Below are positions 11,181 to 22,866 of a stretch of 64,000 bases of DNA, piece by piece. Position 1 is the stretch's first letter; each line of letters starts with the position of its first letter. Position numbers and translations under genes: made by a program. This DNA is from Okamejei kenojei (lineage: Eukaryota), in assembly GCA_035221665.1 (NCBI GenBank), contig CM069140.1, positions 23,746,001 to 23,810,000 on the forward strand, read 5' to 3'. The notes beneath the pieces are model-generated. The model ran no database searches. It saw nothing but the letters and a program-made list of their open reading frames with translations, and was not told where the DNA came from.

Positions 11181-12385
11181 CAAATATTGTTTAACATTCC
11201 TTTTGTTATTATTAGTTGCATTTTTCAAAAAAATACATCTGTTGATCATTATTCTGGCTATGACATTGAAGTCACCTGTTACTTCTAGTGGGTTAATAAT
11301 GGAGGCAACACTCATCCATATTTTCTTGTTAGATACTTATCAGAGGGATATTGAATTTGCCCGTAGCAATCATGCCCTAATTTAAATTGAGTTTTAGAAA
11401 TGATGTTACTGAGTGGTCTACTTGGCTATAGACTTAAGACATTGTTTTGCAGATTGGTTCGTAATTTTGGATGAAGTTTAATTGAAGAAGGGATATCATT
11501 TATTTTTTGATCAGCGAAGCACTTGTGAGGCATTCATTAGATGCATAAATATGAATTGTATCCCTATATCCTTGATTATATCAGATACATTTCAAAAATA
11601 TTATTTTTCACTGCGGATTTGACTGCGGAACAGATATTTTCCACACAGCAGAGTAAAATGTCCGTACATGCTCAATTTTTCAGCAAGAATCACTGGATGT
11701 TAAAGCCAAGACAGGATTTTTTTCAGGATTTAGATGCCAATCACAATTTTGCTGTTTTTGATTAAATCAACACAATAACCAAGGAATCAGAGCTTCCTGT
11801 GACACTGCCATGAAGTAGGTTTTCCCAGTCATGACCTGTCCTCCTCCCATCACCACCACCTTGCATCCAATAGATTATGCTTCCAGAGGTGATAAGTTAA
11901 TGTGAAGACATGGAATTATTCAATGAAACAAAGCATGACATACTATTTCAAAAGTAAGGATTGGAAGCAATATGGAGATTTATTGACTGATGTGGGAATA
12001 ATTTTGAAAGAAAATCATTTACAAGTGTAGAAAAAAATTGCAAACATTTATCAAAATGACAGCCTTGCAATTTATAATAGATTTTCATGAAATATGTGTG
12101 CATATGATTGTATTTTGTTTTGAAGCGATAACTAGCTCTGCGGTCATTGTTAGGAAGGGGGCACTTTCCATCTTATGAACTCTGTGTCAAAAGGAAATGC
12201 TCCAAGTTAATTTACAGCATGGTTTAGAACTAAATACCCTCTACTTTGTTTTTTGAAGCAGTGGCTAAGTGTACCCTCAATTATATGCAGGATACATTTC
12301 TGCTCCATTAAGCATTCCCACATCAGATATGGAAAGATGTTTTTTTTTCCCTCTTAGCCCTGTTCTTGTGGATTTTAGTGCCAAA

Positions 12386-13309
12386 CTAGACTAAGTGGGA
12401 CCCGTTGGGTCCCAGTCACAATGGAGGCCTGGTTCCCCCAACGCAACCCGTTCCTCAACGCAATATTTCACCACTCACCTGTTTCCCCCAACACAAACCG
12501 TTCCCCCAATGCAATATTCCTCCACTCACCCATCGCCCCCAACTGCGCAGGCGTGACTAATTTCACCTCAACCCCAGCACTCCCCCTCTTCTTCATCCTC
12601 CCTCTTCTTTCCCCTCTCCCCCTCCCCTCCCCAATCTCTCCCTCACCTCTCCCTCCCTCTCCTTTCCCCTACCCTCAGTTACTCCCTCCCTCCATAATTG
12701 TTCTCCCCTCCCTACCCCCTTCTATCCCTCTATCCCCAATCCTCATCTCCCCCATTATCCCTCCTCACCTCTCCCACTTCCCTCCCCTCCCTCTATTCCC
12801 ACAACCTACCTCCCCCCACTCCCCTCCCTCTATTTCCCCCCTCAACTCCCCCCATTTTCCCCCTTACCTCCCGCACTTTCCCCCTTACCTCCCCCACTTT
12901 CCCCCCTCTCCATCCCTACCCCCTCCTCTTCCTCAATCCCTCCCACTCTCCCTCCTTACCTCCCCAGGATCTCGAGGGTGCTGCTCCTTTCCCTCCTTGC
13001 GTGCCCCTCCCTCACCTCTCCCTCCCTCTCATTTCCCCTACCCTCAGTCACTCCCTCAATCCCTCCATAACTCCTCTCCCCTGCCTACCCCCCTCCTATT
13101 CATCTATCTCCCCCCCCCCACTCATCACCTCCCCCTATCCCCCCCACCCTCTCTCCTCACCTCCCCAGGCATTCTTCACTCCCTACCTCCCCCTTCTCTC
13201 CCTCTATTCCCCTTCTCCCCCATACTATCGTGTACCATTTTTTCGCAAATAGAAATAAAACGCAAACCAGAAGAGCACAAGATCAGAGTTTTAGTTATGT
13301 ATGGATAGA
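12386..13309 (-). mobile_element. Non-autonomous Helitron (924 bp) with a C/T-rich low-complexity interior
   Basis: Minus strand starts A|TCTATCCATACATAA at 13309 and ends with hairpin gggaccc-aac-gggtccc (12397-12413) 7 nt before CTAG|T (12389-12386). Inserted at an AT site without TSD. Confidence 0.85.
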
Positions 13310-15911
13310 TAGCCACAAAGTACCTAACAGGAATGATTACGCATTCTCCTTGTGCAATTGGACATAGTGAGTGTCCTTGGCTATTTACGTAACTTGTGAG
13401 ATAAAAGGCAGGGATTGGAGGATATCTTCTCTTCACGAACTGTCTGCTTGCATATAATTTTTCACCATGCAGCATGAGCAACAACTTGTACCAAGAATGC
13501 TTGCTGAACATCCACTTTTAAATGAGTTCCCAGGAACAATTGTTGCTTTGCCACTGCTGTCCTGGTAAAACCAACTAAGTCAAAGCAGGCTGGAGATTGA
13601 ACCCAAACATTAAACACCCATGGAAATGTTTACCAGCAATCAAAGACATTAGTTTAATGTGAACAGATTTTAAAATTGATGTCGGGAGAATGCATTTTAT
13701 ACAGAAGCAAAGAAATGTGTAAAAGATAGCCTGTTATTTCAATTTGTAGTTGTATGCTAAACAACTGTGGGAAACACCCCACAGTAAAATATGTTTTTAA
13801 GATTGTGTTCTGTTGGCAGTGTCAACAATACTATGTTGTCATGCTAAATACAAATTCTTGTAGTAATGGGTCAATGGCCTAAGTTTCTCCATCTGTATTT
13901 GAGAACCTATTGAATTGATGGTAAACAAGAGAACAGAAGGATAATTCATTGTGGGCCTCTTGGTAACAGAATAAAAATGGTTGGTATGAAGGAATGAAAG
14001 AATAATTTTTAATTTAATTGTCCAACCATGAACATTTTGTAATCGGTCAGAGGGGTACAGTTATGTCCTTTTTGGAAATGGCTTTGGAGAGTTTCACTAG
14101 CATTGTAAATGCAAAAACATGACCGCATGTTCTGAGGATTTTTTGTTTAAGTTTTTACATGAAAGGGTGCTTGTACTAGGATGCTTTTCTCTGAGGGGAT
14201 ATACTGTTCTGTGTGTATTTACAGAGAGGTATGAATATTTGATTAAATGAGTCATGGTCTCTGGAGAAATTTAATAACTATGGCATACACAGCACACTCC
14301 TTTCACAGTTAACACAGCTGCCAATAATGTCAGTGACATTCAGACCTTACAATTCTAATATATTCTGTGGAGTAAATTCCTGGTTACAAAGAGATCTATA
14401 AAGTGACACTATTCAGATATCAATTTTGAACTATTATCAGACCAATTTACTGTGTCTAATTTGTAAAGATTTTTTTCCTACGGAAATGAGTAGCCATGGG
14501 AAAGAATCAGCGGTTTACATCGTGGGCACATGATACTGGAGGCTGCATAACTTGACTAATTTTGCTTAAGAAACTCATGATAGAAAAAATGTTTGCATGA
14601 ACAATACAATGGAAGTAATTTTTAGTTGAAGGTTGATTGAATAAAAAAGTTTTTCATGAAAGAAAAACTATTTCTTCTGCTTTCATGTTCCAAGGAAGCT
14701 GAGTCTTTGGCACCTTTGCCCAGATTTTCATGCACAAGAATACATAAAGAGTGCTGGCCAACTATTCCCTGGGGTGGAAGAATCGTAGTCAAATCTGATC
14801 ACCCTGCATCTGGACACACACGCTTCTCAGTACGAGATTAAGGCAGGTTTTAAGTTGGAATGTAAAGGAGTTTTTCTGCCTATCTATCCTCAACTAAAAA
14901 GTTAAGACTAGTTTTCTTTCCTCCTGCAGTCTCCAACTGTTTCTGTATAATGGGGATTTTAAAACTCAAAAGAGAAAAGCGAAAACAAGAAAGAGAGAGA
15001 TGAAAAGTAAATTAGATTTGTTTATTTAAAAAAATAATGTAATTAGTTCCTTGGTAAACTTAGTGTTATAAGATAAGTAAGTTGTGGAAACGACAATTAC
15101 CACATCTTTGATATTAATACTGTCAACAATAATAGGTTTTTTTGTAATACCACTTGGTCATATATTGGTTTCAAAGTTCGGTCTCAGATTTTGAGGGCCA
15201 GAAATACACTTCAAATATACCCAGGGCACTCACGTAGTGGTCTAGCGACAGATCATCGAGGATTTAGTGAGGAAGCAGTATTGGTGAGTCAGTAACATTG
15301 ATTTAAGTAATGACAGCGGCAGGGTGGGGGGGGGGGCAGGGGTCAAGGAACTCAGCCGCTTTGAGGACTTTAGAAACTGGCAACTGAATCAATTTGTTCT
15401 AGTGTACCAAACGCAAGAAACTATCAGGAGAGGTAACCCTGCAGAATTTTTCATCTTGACTGCATGGAATATAGAGGCTATTTAAAATAATATTAAATTG
15501 CTAAGATTAAATTGTTGCGCAATGATTGGAAACAATTTGGGGCTTGCTTATTTATAAAGCTCAATAATGTTCCAGGGTTATTTCATGGCATGTTACACAG
15601 GAACACTGGTCTGGGCAGAGGAGTGTCATATACAGAGATTTAAACTCATGCTTATCAGCTCATCCACTAAATTAATATAAATGCTGTCATCCATTTTAAT
15701 TACTAAAAGATGTAGGTATCTAAGATTCTATTTTGGACAAGTACAGTAACACGTGATGGCCTTGCGTTTATCAGTACAAGGATCTCACCCACGAGTCTAC
15801 GTGTCGGCATTCAAAGTGAAAGAAGAACAAAATGGTGGGAATGGAAAGTATCTTAATCAGCAACTGTTAGAAAAAGAGGATCAATACTTTGTGAGATACT
15901 CAATTTAAATG

Positions 15912-16425
15912 GAGACACGAGGAACTGCAGATGCTGGTTTACAAAAAAAAAACTGTTGGAGTAACTCGGTCGTTCTGGCAGCATCTCTGGATTTAGTTTA
16001 GAGATACAGCATGAAAACCGGCCCTTTGGCCACCGGGTCAGTGCCGACCAGCGACCCCCGCACATTAACACTATCCTACACCCACTAGGGACAATTTTTA
16101 CATTTACCACATTTATTAACCTACAAACCTGTACGTCTTTGGAGAGTGGGAGGAAACCGAAGATCCTGGAGAAAACCCATGCAGGTCACGGGGGGAAAGT
16201 ACAAACTCCATACAGACAGCACCCGTAGTTGGGATCGAACTCGGGTATCCGGCGCTGCGTTCGCTGTGAGACAGCAACTCTACCGCCGCACCAACGTGAA
16301 CGACATGGATAGGCAACATTTCGAGATTATCTGAGGAAGGGTCCTGACCTGAATCGTCGCCTATCCATTTCTTCCAGAGAAGCTGTTTGACCCACTGCGT
16401 TACTCCAGCAATTTTTCTTCATTTG
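15912..16425. mobile_element. Penelope-pLTR hairpin element interrupted by a V-SINE
   Basis: Direct repeat atttaaatg at 15903-15911 and 16426-16434. Inverted pLTR arms. Hammerhead-like CTGAGGA...GAAT.GTC at 16331-16358. Confidence 0.7.
15992..16301 (-). mobile_element. HE1-type V-SINE, near full length
   Basis: B-box gagttcgatccc (plus-strand 16231-16242), V-domain, and CR1-like tail aagggcc.gtttt.atgctgtatctc(taaac)n. Confidence 0.88.
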
Positions 16426-16489
16426 ATTTAAATGCTACTTGTGATGTACAAAAATATTTAACTGGAATAATTGCTTTGGTGGCATCTTA

Positions 16490-16885
16490 GCCACCAAACT
16501 AAACATTCATTCCCTCTGCCAACAATGCACAGTGTCTTCAGTGTGTGCAATGTACAAGATGCACTGCCTAAATCATCTGACAACAACCCCTACCACCAAA
16601 TAGGACATGGGCTTTGGGCACATGGAAACACCACTGCCTGCATGTTCCCTCCAAGTTGCACAAATAACAATATTAATTAAAATACCAAGAAACAGGATCA
16701 GGAGTAGGCCATTCAGCCCATCATTCCTTAGTCTATCATTCTCCATTTTGAATAAACCAAGTGCCTGAGCGTCCACTAGGAAAGGACTGCAGATGTTCAA
16801 GAGAAAGTGTCTCACCACCAGCTTCTCGAGGGCAGTCAGAGATGAACAATGACCGCTGACTACACCAGCAATGCTCAGATCCTAA
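16490..16885 (+). mobile_element. 3' fragments of an old LINE family (clade not determined)
   Basis: Shares aacattca.tccct..., catgg.aacaccac..cctgca.gttccc.tccaag and caccacc..ttctc.agggca.t.ag.gatg with 23070-23395, 33450-33810, 44450-44900 and 54140-54520. Confidence 0.55.
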
Positions 16886-18236
16886 ACAATGGCAAAAACG
16901 TGTTTAATTGGCCAATAACACCTCTTGATAAAGATAAGCTTCAACTATCTGTAAAGGCTCATTTCAGCCACAGAATAAGTGAGTGGAAGAATTTCTTGCC
17001 TCTGTCCACACTTAGCACACAAGTAATTAATAGTTTGTTATAGGGTTGCAATAAACATTATGGTAACTCATTGGCAGTCAGTTGTAATTGTGATCATGAA
17101 TCAGCTCAATTGATAATCGCAGTGAGCAAAGCACCATCAACTTAATGTTTTAATCCAACCTTTTGTTGAGCATGAATGGTTTATATTAAAAACAAAAAGG
17201 ATCATGTTTCATGTGTAGAGAGCTAAACGTGAACAATTTTATATTTTGATATGTTCACAACATTTTGTTTTTCAAAAGAAATATATTAATATGCTGAGGG
17301 TAAATTACAACCATTTTCATGATAGATGTAATCAGTCACAATTTACAACCTGGAGAGGCTCATGTTTAAGTAAGAACTATAAAATGGAACTGATTTGTGA
17401 GGGACTAAATACACACTTAAACTGGAAGTTGTTAATATTTTGGCCTCTCCCATTGACAACAAATTTAAATATTAATGTTACACCAGTACAGAAATGTTAA
17501 AATATATAAATGGCAACAAACGTCCTATTCTTATCATTGAGGTACTGTTTCTAGGATGGCTTTTAATAGTTTCTTGTGTCATCTTACCTAAAGGCATCAA
17601 GGATGAAAAAGGCCTTTAATGATAGCAAATTGTCAGCCCATTATACACCTGCTTGGTTCTGTTTTCTGTTGAAGTCAACAAAAAAATAAAATGAGGCAGA
17701 ATGTATGTGGGGTGACTGATTTATTATAGCCTGTTTTGTGCTATCGTCAAAGATAAATATCATCCCCTATGACTCTTGCTGATGTACTGTTCTGCAGATG
17801 GTGATAGCCTCCGGTGATTCATCCAAATAGTTGCTTATTGTATGTGACCCAAGGCAGTGGGTTTTGTCCAGATTTTGAATCTTGGGGCAGGGCACAATTA
17901 AATGCAATTCCGTGCTTATCAAATGTACATCGGCTCACTGCAAAATGTTTCTGGACAGCAATCGGAAGGAAAACCCTGTTTGATTTTTACTTGCCTATGA
18001 CACTGAAGACAACTGTTGACAGGCAGATGAAATCTCAGCACAAACCAGGGTGGGTGGGTAAATCAATATAATAAAATAAAGTGCCGGGAACACATACCAA
18101 ATCAGGCTGCATCAATAGAGAGAGAAACAGAACAAATATTTCAAGACAATGACACAACTTAATTGATGGATAAATGGAAGCAGTGAGATTAAGACAATTA
18201 ACCAGTGCCCCTACAAATTTAGAGGTGGCAAGCTAC

Positions 18237-18636
18237 NNNNNNNNNNNNNNNNNNNNNNNNNNNNNNNNNNNNNNNNNNNNNNNNNNNNNNNNNNNNNNNN
18301 NNNNNNNNNNNNNNNNNNNNNNNNNNNNNNNNNNNNNNNNNNNNNNNNNNNNNNNNNNNNNNNNNNNNNNNNNNNNNNNNNNNNNNNNNNNNNNNNNNNN
18401 NNNNNNNNNNNNNNNNNNNNNNNNNNNNNNNNNNNNNNNNNNNNNNNNNNNNNNNNNNNNNNNNNNNNNNNNNNNNNNNNNNNNNNNNNNNNNNNNNNNN
18501 NNNNNNNNNNNNNNNNNNNNNNNNNNNNNNNNNNNNNNNNNNNNNNNNNNNNNNNNNNNNNNNNNNNNNNNNNNNNNNNNNNNNNNNNNNNNNNNNNNNN
18601 NNNNNNNNNNNNNNNNNNNNNNNNNNNNNNNNNNNN
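18237..18636. other. Assembly gap (400 N)
   Basis: Run of N. Confidence 1.
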
Positions 18637-18734
18637 TAGAGATTGTGAAAATCCTGTTGACTGAGGAAATGGCAACTCAAATCATCTGTAAATGAAAATC
18701 AAACAACTAAAGGTAGAATAAAAACAGAAATAAA

Positions 18735-18915
18735 CTCAGCAGAGGAACTGCAGATGCTCATTAATACAAAAAAGGACACAAAGTGCTGGAGTAACTCAGC
18801 ATGCCAGGCAGCACCTTGATCAGAACTCAACGAAGGATCCCAGACCTGAAACATCAATCGTTTTTCTTCCCACAGATACTGTCTGGCCTGCTGGGAATTG
18901 TCAGTATTTTGTGCT
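18735..18915. mobile_element. Degenerate Penelope-pLTR hairpin element
   Basis: ggaactgcagatgct...acacaaagtgctggagtaactcagc arm followed by the opposite-orientation acctgaaacatc...cagat.ctg.ctg.cctgctg arm. Confidence 0.6.
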
Positions 18916-19804
18916 TATCAACTTAAATTAATTGTTAGAAACTATATAATGTCATAAACTTAGATTTTTAAATGCATTTAATCAAATTCTACACAGATAT
19001 TATTTATGCTGCAAATTGGGTATTCAGGGCAAAACTTGGATGTGAATGAGAAATTGGATGAAGGGTGGAAAACAATGTAAGAGTTGATGACAACCTAAGA
19101 AGTGGATAGAGGCAGCACTGACAATAGTGCCCTGCCTTCCTCATTCACAATTAATTTGATTTCAGAAACTCAGATGTCTCCCAAATTTGGAGAAGAGGTA
19201 GTCAAATTGGAAGCAGTCTTCACAGAAACTGCGGAATGTGATCAATTTTGTGAGGGGATGATGGAAATTGAAGTTTCATAGAAATAGCATTAAGATTTAT
19301 GCATTGGAAAGAGGAATGCAGAAGAAATATAATCTGTATGTTGTACTGAAATAGCTGAGAATGAAGTTAGACACTTGGGAATCAATGCTATGCACGAATC
19401 AACAAAGTCAACAGAATACTGAACTTCCACATTATCGTACTAATCAAAATACGTTGCAATCAATCACCAGAGAGCTTACCTTGAACACTATGTCCATTTC
19501 TGATCAGATCATACCTTGAGCGCATGAGCTCTATGAACAGTTCTAGTTAGGTCATACTTAAGATCAGTTATTGAGACCCAAAGCATGCTTCTAAGCATGC
19601 TTCTAAGAGTGCAGAAAAGAACTGAGGTTCATCTCTGGGTCTTGATTTTACATGTTTCAATGAAGTAATATAACTGTCATGCTTATTGACATGTTATCTT
19701 GACAATTTTAATGGAAGAACGTCAATGATCATTGGTGCTTTATTATCACATGTGCAAACACACTGTAAAAATCTTTTTTTCCCCGTCCACTTCAGTAAAG
19801 TATT

Positions 19805-19858
19805 GGGATGGGAGATTGCAACCTTCATGTGGTCCACATTGTTTCGACGAATGCAATC
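19805..19858 (+). ncRNA. Predicted minimal HDV-like ribozyme, copy 2 (P1 partly decayed)
   Basis: GGGATGG-GA-GATTGCA-ACC-TTCATGT-GGT-CCACATT-G-TTTCGA-CGAA-TGCAATC. P2, P3 and J4/2 are intact; P1 has two mismatches. Confidence 0.6.
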
Positions 19859-19941
19859 AACCTGACGTGCACAAACAAAATATCAAATAGAACAAGTTGA
19901 CCTACAACTTTAGGCTGTGCCCGCCATATGCAAGAAGAAGA
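19805..19941 (+). mobile_element. ~140-nt non-autonomous retroposon with 5' HDV-like ribozyme fold and (AAG)n tail, copy 2
   Basis: TSD agtaaagtatt at 19794-19804 and 19942-19952. Homologous to 2881-3024. Confidence 0.85.
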
Positions 19942-20054
19942 AGTAAAGTATTGTCCTATCTAAGCGCAATCCCGGATTGGCAAAGTGTAGTGAAGTAGTC
20001 CACTGAGACCACATGCAAGAGGCGCCATGTTTTGGCACCATTTTCAAAGTCCGT

Positions 20055-20250
20055 TGTCAGGCAACTGAACCATCCTATCAACAACTAGAGAGCAGTACTG
20101 ATCTACTATCTACCTCATTGGAAACCCTTGGAATATCTTTAATCAAGCTCTACTGGACTTTATCTTCCACTAAACGTAATTCCCTTTATTATGTACCTGT
20201 ACATTGGGTGGCTTGATTGTAACCATGTATCGTCTTTCTGCTGACTGGCT
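20055..20250 (+). mobile_element. Rex1/Babar-type LINE 3' tail
   Basis: Ends ttttcactgtacct.ggtacacatgacaat...(ctaaa)n. Related tails at 28873-28955 (-), 52790-52895 (+), 53510-53645 (-) and 60190-60290 (-). Confidence 0.55.
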
Positions 20251-21030
20251 GGTAGGCAGCAAAAGATTTTCACTGTACCTTGGTACACATGACAATGGAC
20301 TAAACTAAAGTCCAATCCACACTCTAAGTCTTATGAGTCGCGCCCAATCCAGGCAAGCCCCAGGCTGCTCCTTGGACGTTTGGATCGTCCAGTGAATCGA
20401 TGTACGTCTCCTCACCCGTCCACCTTTGTGTCCCAGAGCCGACCTTGAGGACGTGGAAGGTCAGACCCCATTCATTCTCCTACCCTATCCTAAACACAGA
20501 CGAATAGTCAAAACTTTCTATTGAGCATCTGACACAGTGTTGCTTACAGAGTCATTTCAGGCTGAGGTATCAATGACTTCATCAGTTTATGACTTTTACA
20601 TGATAGCTACTTTCCACCCCTGCCAGGGCCTAATATTGGGTGCCTCAGCTACTGTATAGCTAGTAAGGAATGGTAGCCTTTTTAATCTAGAAGAAACGTG
20701 TGTTAATTTTAAGGAAACATAAGATGGTTTAAAAAATATTTATCTAGAACAGGAACTGGAGCAAAAATCTGCAGATTCTGGAAATCTGAAACAAAACAGG
20801 TAAAACGGGAGATTACCAGGGTCAATTTTTCAAGATATTGACTTAGTTTCTCTCCCCATTTATGCTGCTTGAAGTCCTGAATGCTTCTAATATTATCTGC
20901 TTTTATTATTAATGCGGAGGAAATGTTAGCAAAAATAAGTTGCTGATCCTCATATTGGGGCAAATGAATAAATACTTGATCCAAGGGATAGTTTTTAAGG
21001 AGTATGACTCAATGAGAATCTTAAAGGAAT

Positions 21031-21133
21031 GGCACAGAGGCGCAGCAAAAGAATTGCTAGCTCATAGCGCCAGAGATCCGGCTTCAATCCTGACTACGGC
21101 GCTGTCTGTACGGACTTTGTACGTTCTCCGGTG
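21031..21133 (+). mobile_element. 3'-truncated V-SINE
   Basis: tRNA-like head with B-box-like ggcttcaatcc and the start of the V-domain. Confidence 0.65.
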
Positions 21134-21177
21134 AGATGAAGACATTTGCTGATGATTTCAGTTTTAGTTCCATTCAT

Positions 21178-22655
21178 GGGTACACAAAAAGCTGGAGAAA
21201 CTCAGCGGGTGCAGCAGCATCTAAGGAGCGAAGGAGATAGGCGACGTTTCGGGTCGAGACCCTTCTTCAGACTGGTCAGGGATCAGGGAAACGAGAGATA
21301 TAGACGGTGATGTGGAGAGATAAGGAACAATGAATGAAAGATATGCAAAAAAGTATCGATGATAAAGGGAACAAGCCATTGTAAGCTGTTTGTGGTGTGA
21401 AAATGAGAAGCTGGTGCGACTGGGGTGGGGGAGGGAGATAGAGATAGAGGGAATGCCAGGGCCCGAGGGCTGAGGGAGAGGTGGGAAGGGGAGGAGACAG
21501 CAGGGGTTAACAGATTTGAGAAAATTCAATGTTCAAGCCCAAAGGATGCAGACTCCCCAAACGGAATATGAGGTGCTGTTCCTCCAGCTTGCGGTGTTGC
21601 TCACTCTGGCCGTGGAGGAGGCCCAGGACCGAGAGGTCGGATGTGGAATGGGAGGGGGAGTTGAAGTGCTGAGCCACCGGGAGGTCAGGTTGGTTATTGC
21701 GGACCGAGCGGAGGTGTTCGGCGAAGCGATCGCCAAGCCTCCGCTTGGTCTCACCGATATAGATCATCTGGCATCTGGAGCAGCTGATGCAGTAAATGAA
21801 GTTGGAGGAGGTGCAGGTGAACCTCTGTCGGACCTGGAACGACTGCTTGGGTCCCTGAAAGGAGTGGAGGGGGGAGGTGAAGGGACAAGTGTTGCATTTC
21901 TTGCGGTTGCAAGGGAAAGTGCCCGGGGAAGGGGTAGAGCGGGAGGGGAGGGAAGAATTGACAAGGGAGTGGTCTTTGCGGAGGGAGTGGTCTTTGCGGA
22001 AGGCAGACGGGGGGAAATGGGAAGATGTGGCGGGTGGAGGGGTCACGTTTGGAGGTGGCGAAACTGGCGGAGGACTATATGTTGTATTTGCCGGCTGGTG
22101 GGGTGAAAGGTGAGGACCAGAGGGACTCTGCCCTGTTTGCGAGTGGGGAATGGGGAGCGAGGGCAGTGTTGCGGGGTATGGAGGAGACCCTGGTGCGAGC
22201 CTCATCAATAGTGGGGGAGGGGAATCCCCGTTCTCTGAAGAATGAGGCCATTTGTGATGACCTGGTGTGGAACACCTCATCCTGGGAGCAGATGCGGCGT
22301 AGACGGAGGAATTGGGAATAGGGGATGGAGTCCTTACAGGAAGCAGGGTGGGAGGAAGAGTAGTCCAGGTAGCTGTAGGAGTCAGTTGGTTTGTAGTGGA
22401 TGTCGGTCAGGAGCGTATCACCTGCAATAGAGATGGTGAGGTCAAGGAATGGTAGGGAAATGTCGGAAATGGTCCAAGTGTATTTGAGTGCCGGATGGAA
22501 GTTGGTGGTGAAATGAATGAAGTCAGTCAGTTGTGTATGGGTGCAGGAGGTGACACCAAAGCAGTCGTCGATGTAACGGAGGTAGAGGTCGGGGATGGGG
22601 CCCTGGTACGCCGAGAACAAGGATTGTTCGACGTACCCAACAAAGAGGCAAGCGC
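21178..22655 (-). mobile_element. 5'-truncated Penelope-like element: RT C-terminal half, GIY-YIG endonuclease and 3' pLTR
   Basis: ORF 22075-22746 has YLRYIDDCFG, LPFLDLTI and KPTD...SSSHP...SIPYSQFLRLRRICS. After a frameshift near 22130, ORF 21507-22280 has CNRKKCNTC and FIYCISCSRC...YIGETKRRLGDRFAEH...VAQHF. In-frame 18-bp duplication at 21964-21999. Confidence 0.93.
21243..21273 (-). ncRNA. Minimal hammerhead ribozyme motif in the Penelope pLTR
   Basis: Minus strand reads agt-CTGAAGA-A-GGGT(ctcg)ACCC-GAAA-CGTC: catalytic core, stem II, short palindromic stem III and a GUC site. Directly adjacent stem I is only ~2 bp. Confidence 0.65.
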
Positions 22656-22682
22656 TCAGCAAGTGAATGGGTCCGTGCCTGC

Positions 22683-22828
22683 ATGCAGCCAGACTTAGAT
22701 GACATTCGAGCAAGGGATGATATGTGGTCAGTACAATTTGTTCCACAAAAGTGCCAGGTCATAACCATCTCCAACAAGATAGAATCTAACTATCTTCCCT
22801 TGACATTCAACATCATTACTATTGTGTC

Positions 22829-22866
<38 letters not shown>

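Noticed and set aside
12421-13308. 295-aa Pro/Ser/Leu-rich ORF and the overlapping 184-aa ORF
   Set aside because: Stop-free only because of the C/T low-complexity tract inside a non-autonomous Helitron; no domain signature.
16225-16301. tRNA-like sequence with A/B boxes (also ~10001, 21031, 60390)
   Set aside because: These are SINE heads continuous with the V-domain, not cloverleaf tRNA genes.
18174-18695. ORFs of 153-173 aa
   Set aside because: Artefacts of translating through the 400-N gap.
21516-22698. Plus-strand ORFs overlapping the Penelope element
   Set aside because: Antisense shadows of the GC-rich minus-strand RT/GIY-YIG frame.
22829-22866. Long poly-C tracts (also ~40400-40440, 47296-47318, 50708-50729)
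   Set aside because: Simple homopolymers whose length is unreliable in assemblies; the poly-Pro translations are meaningless.
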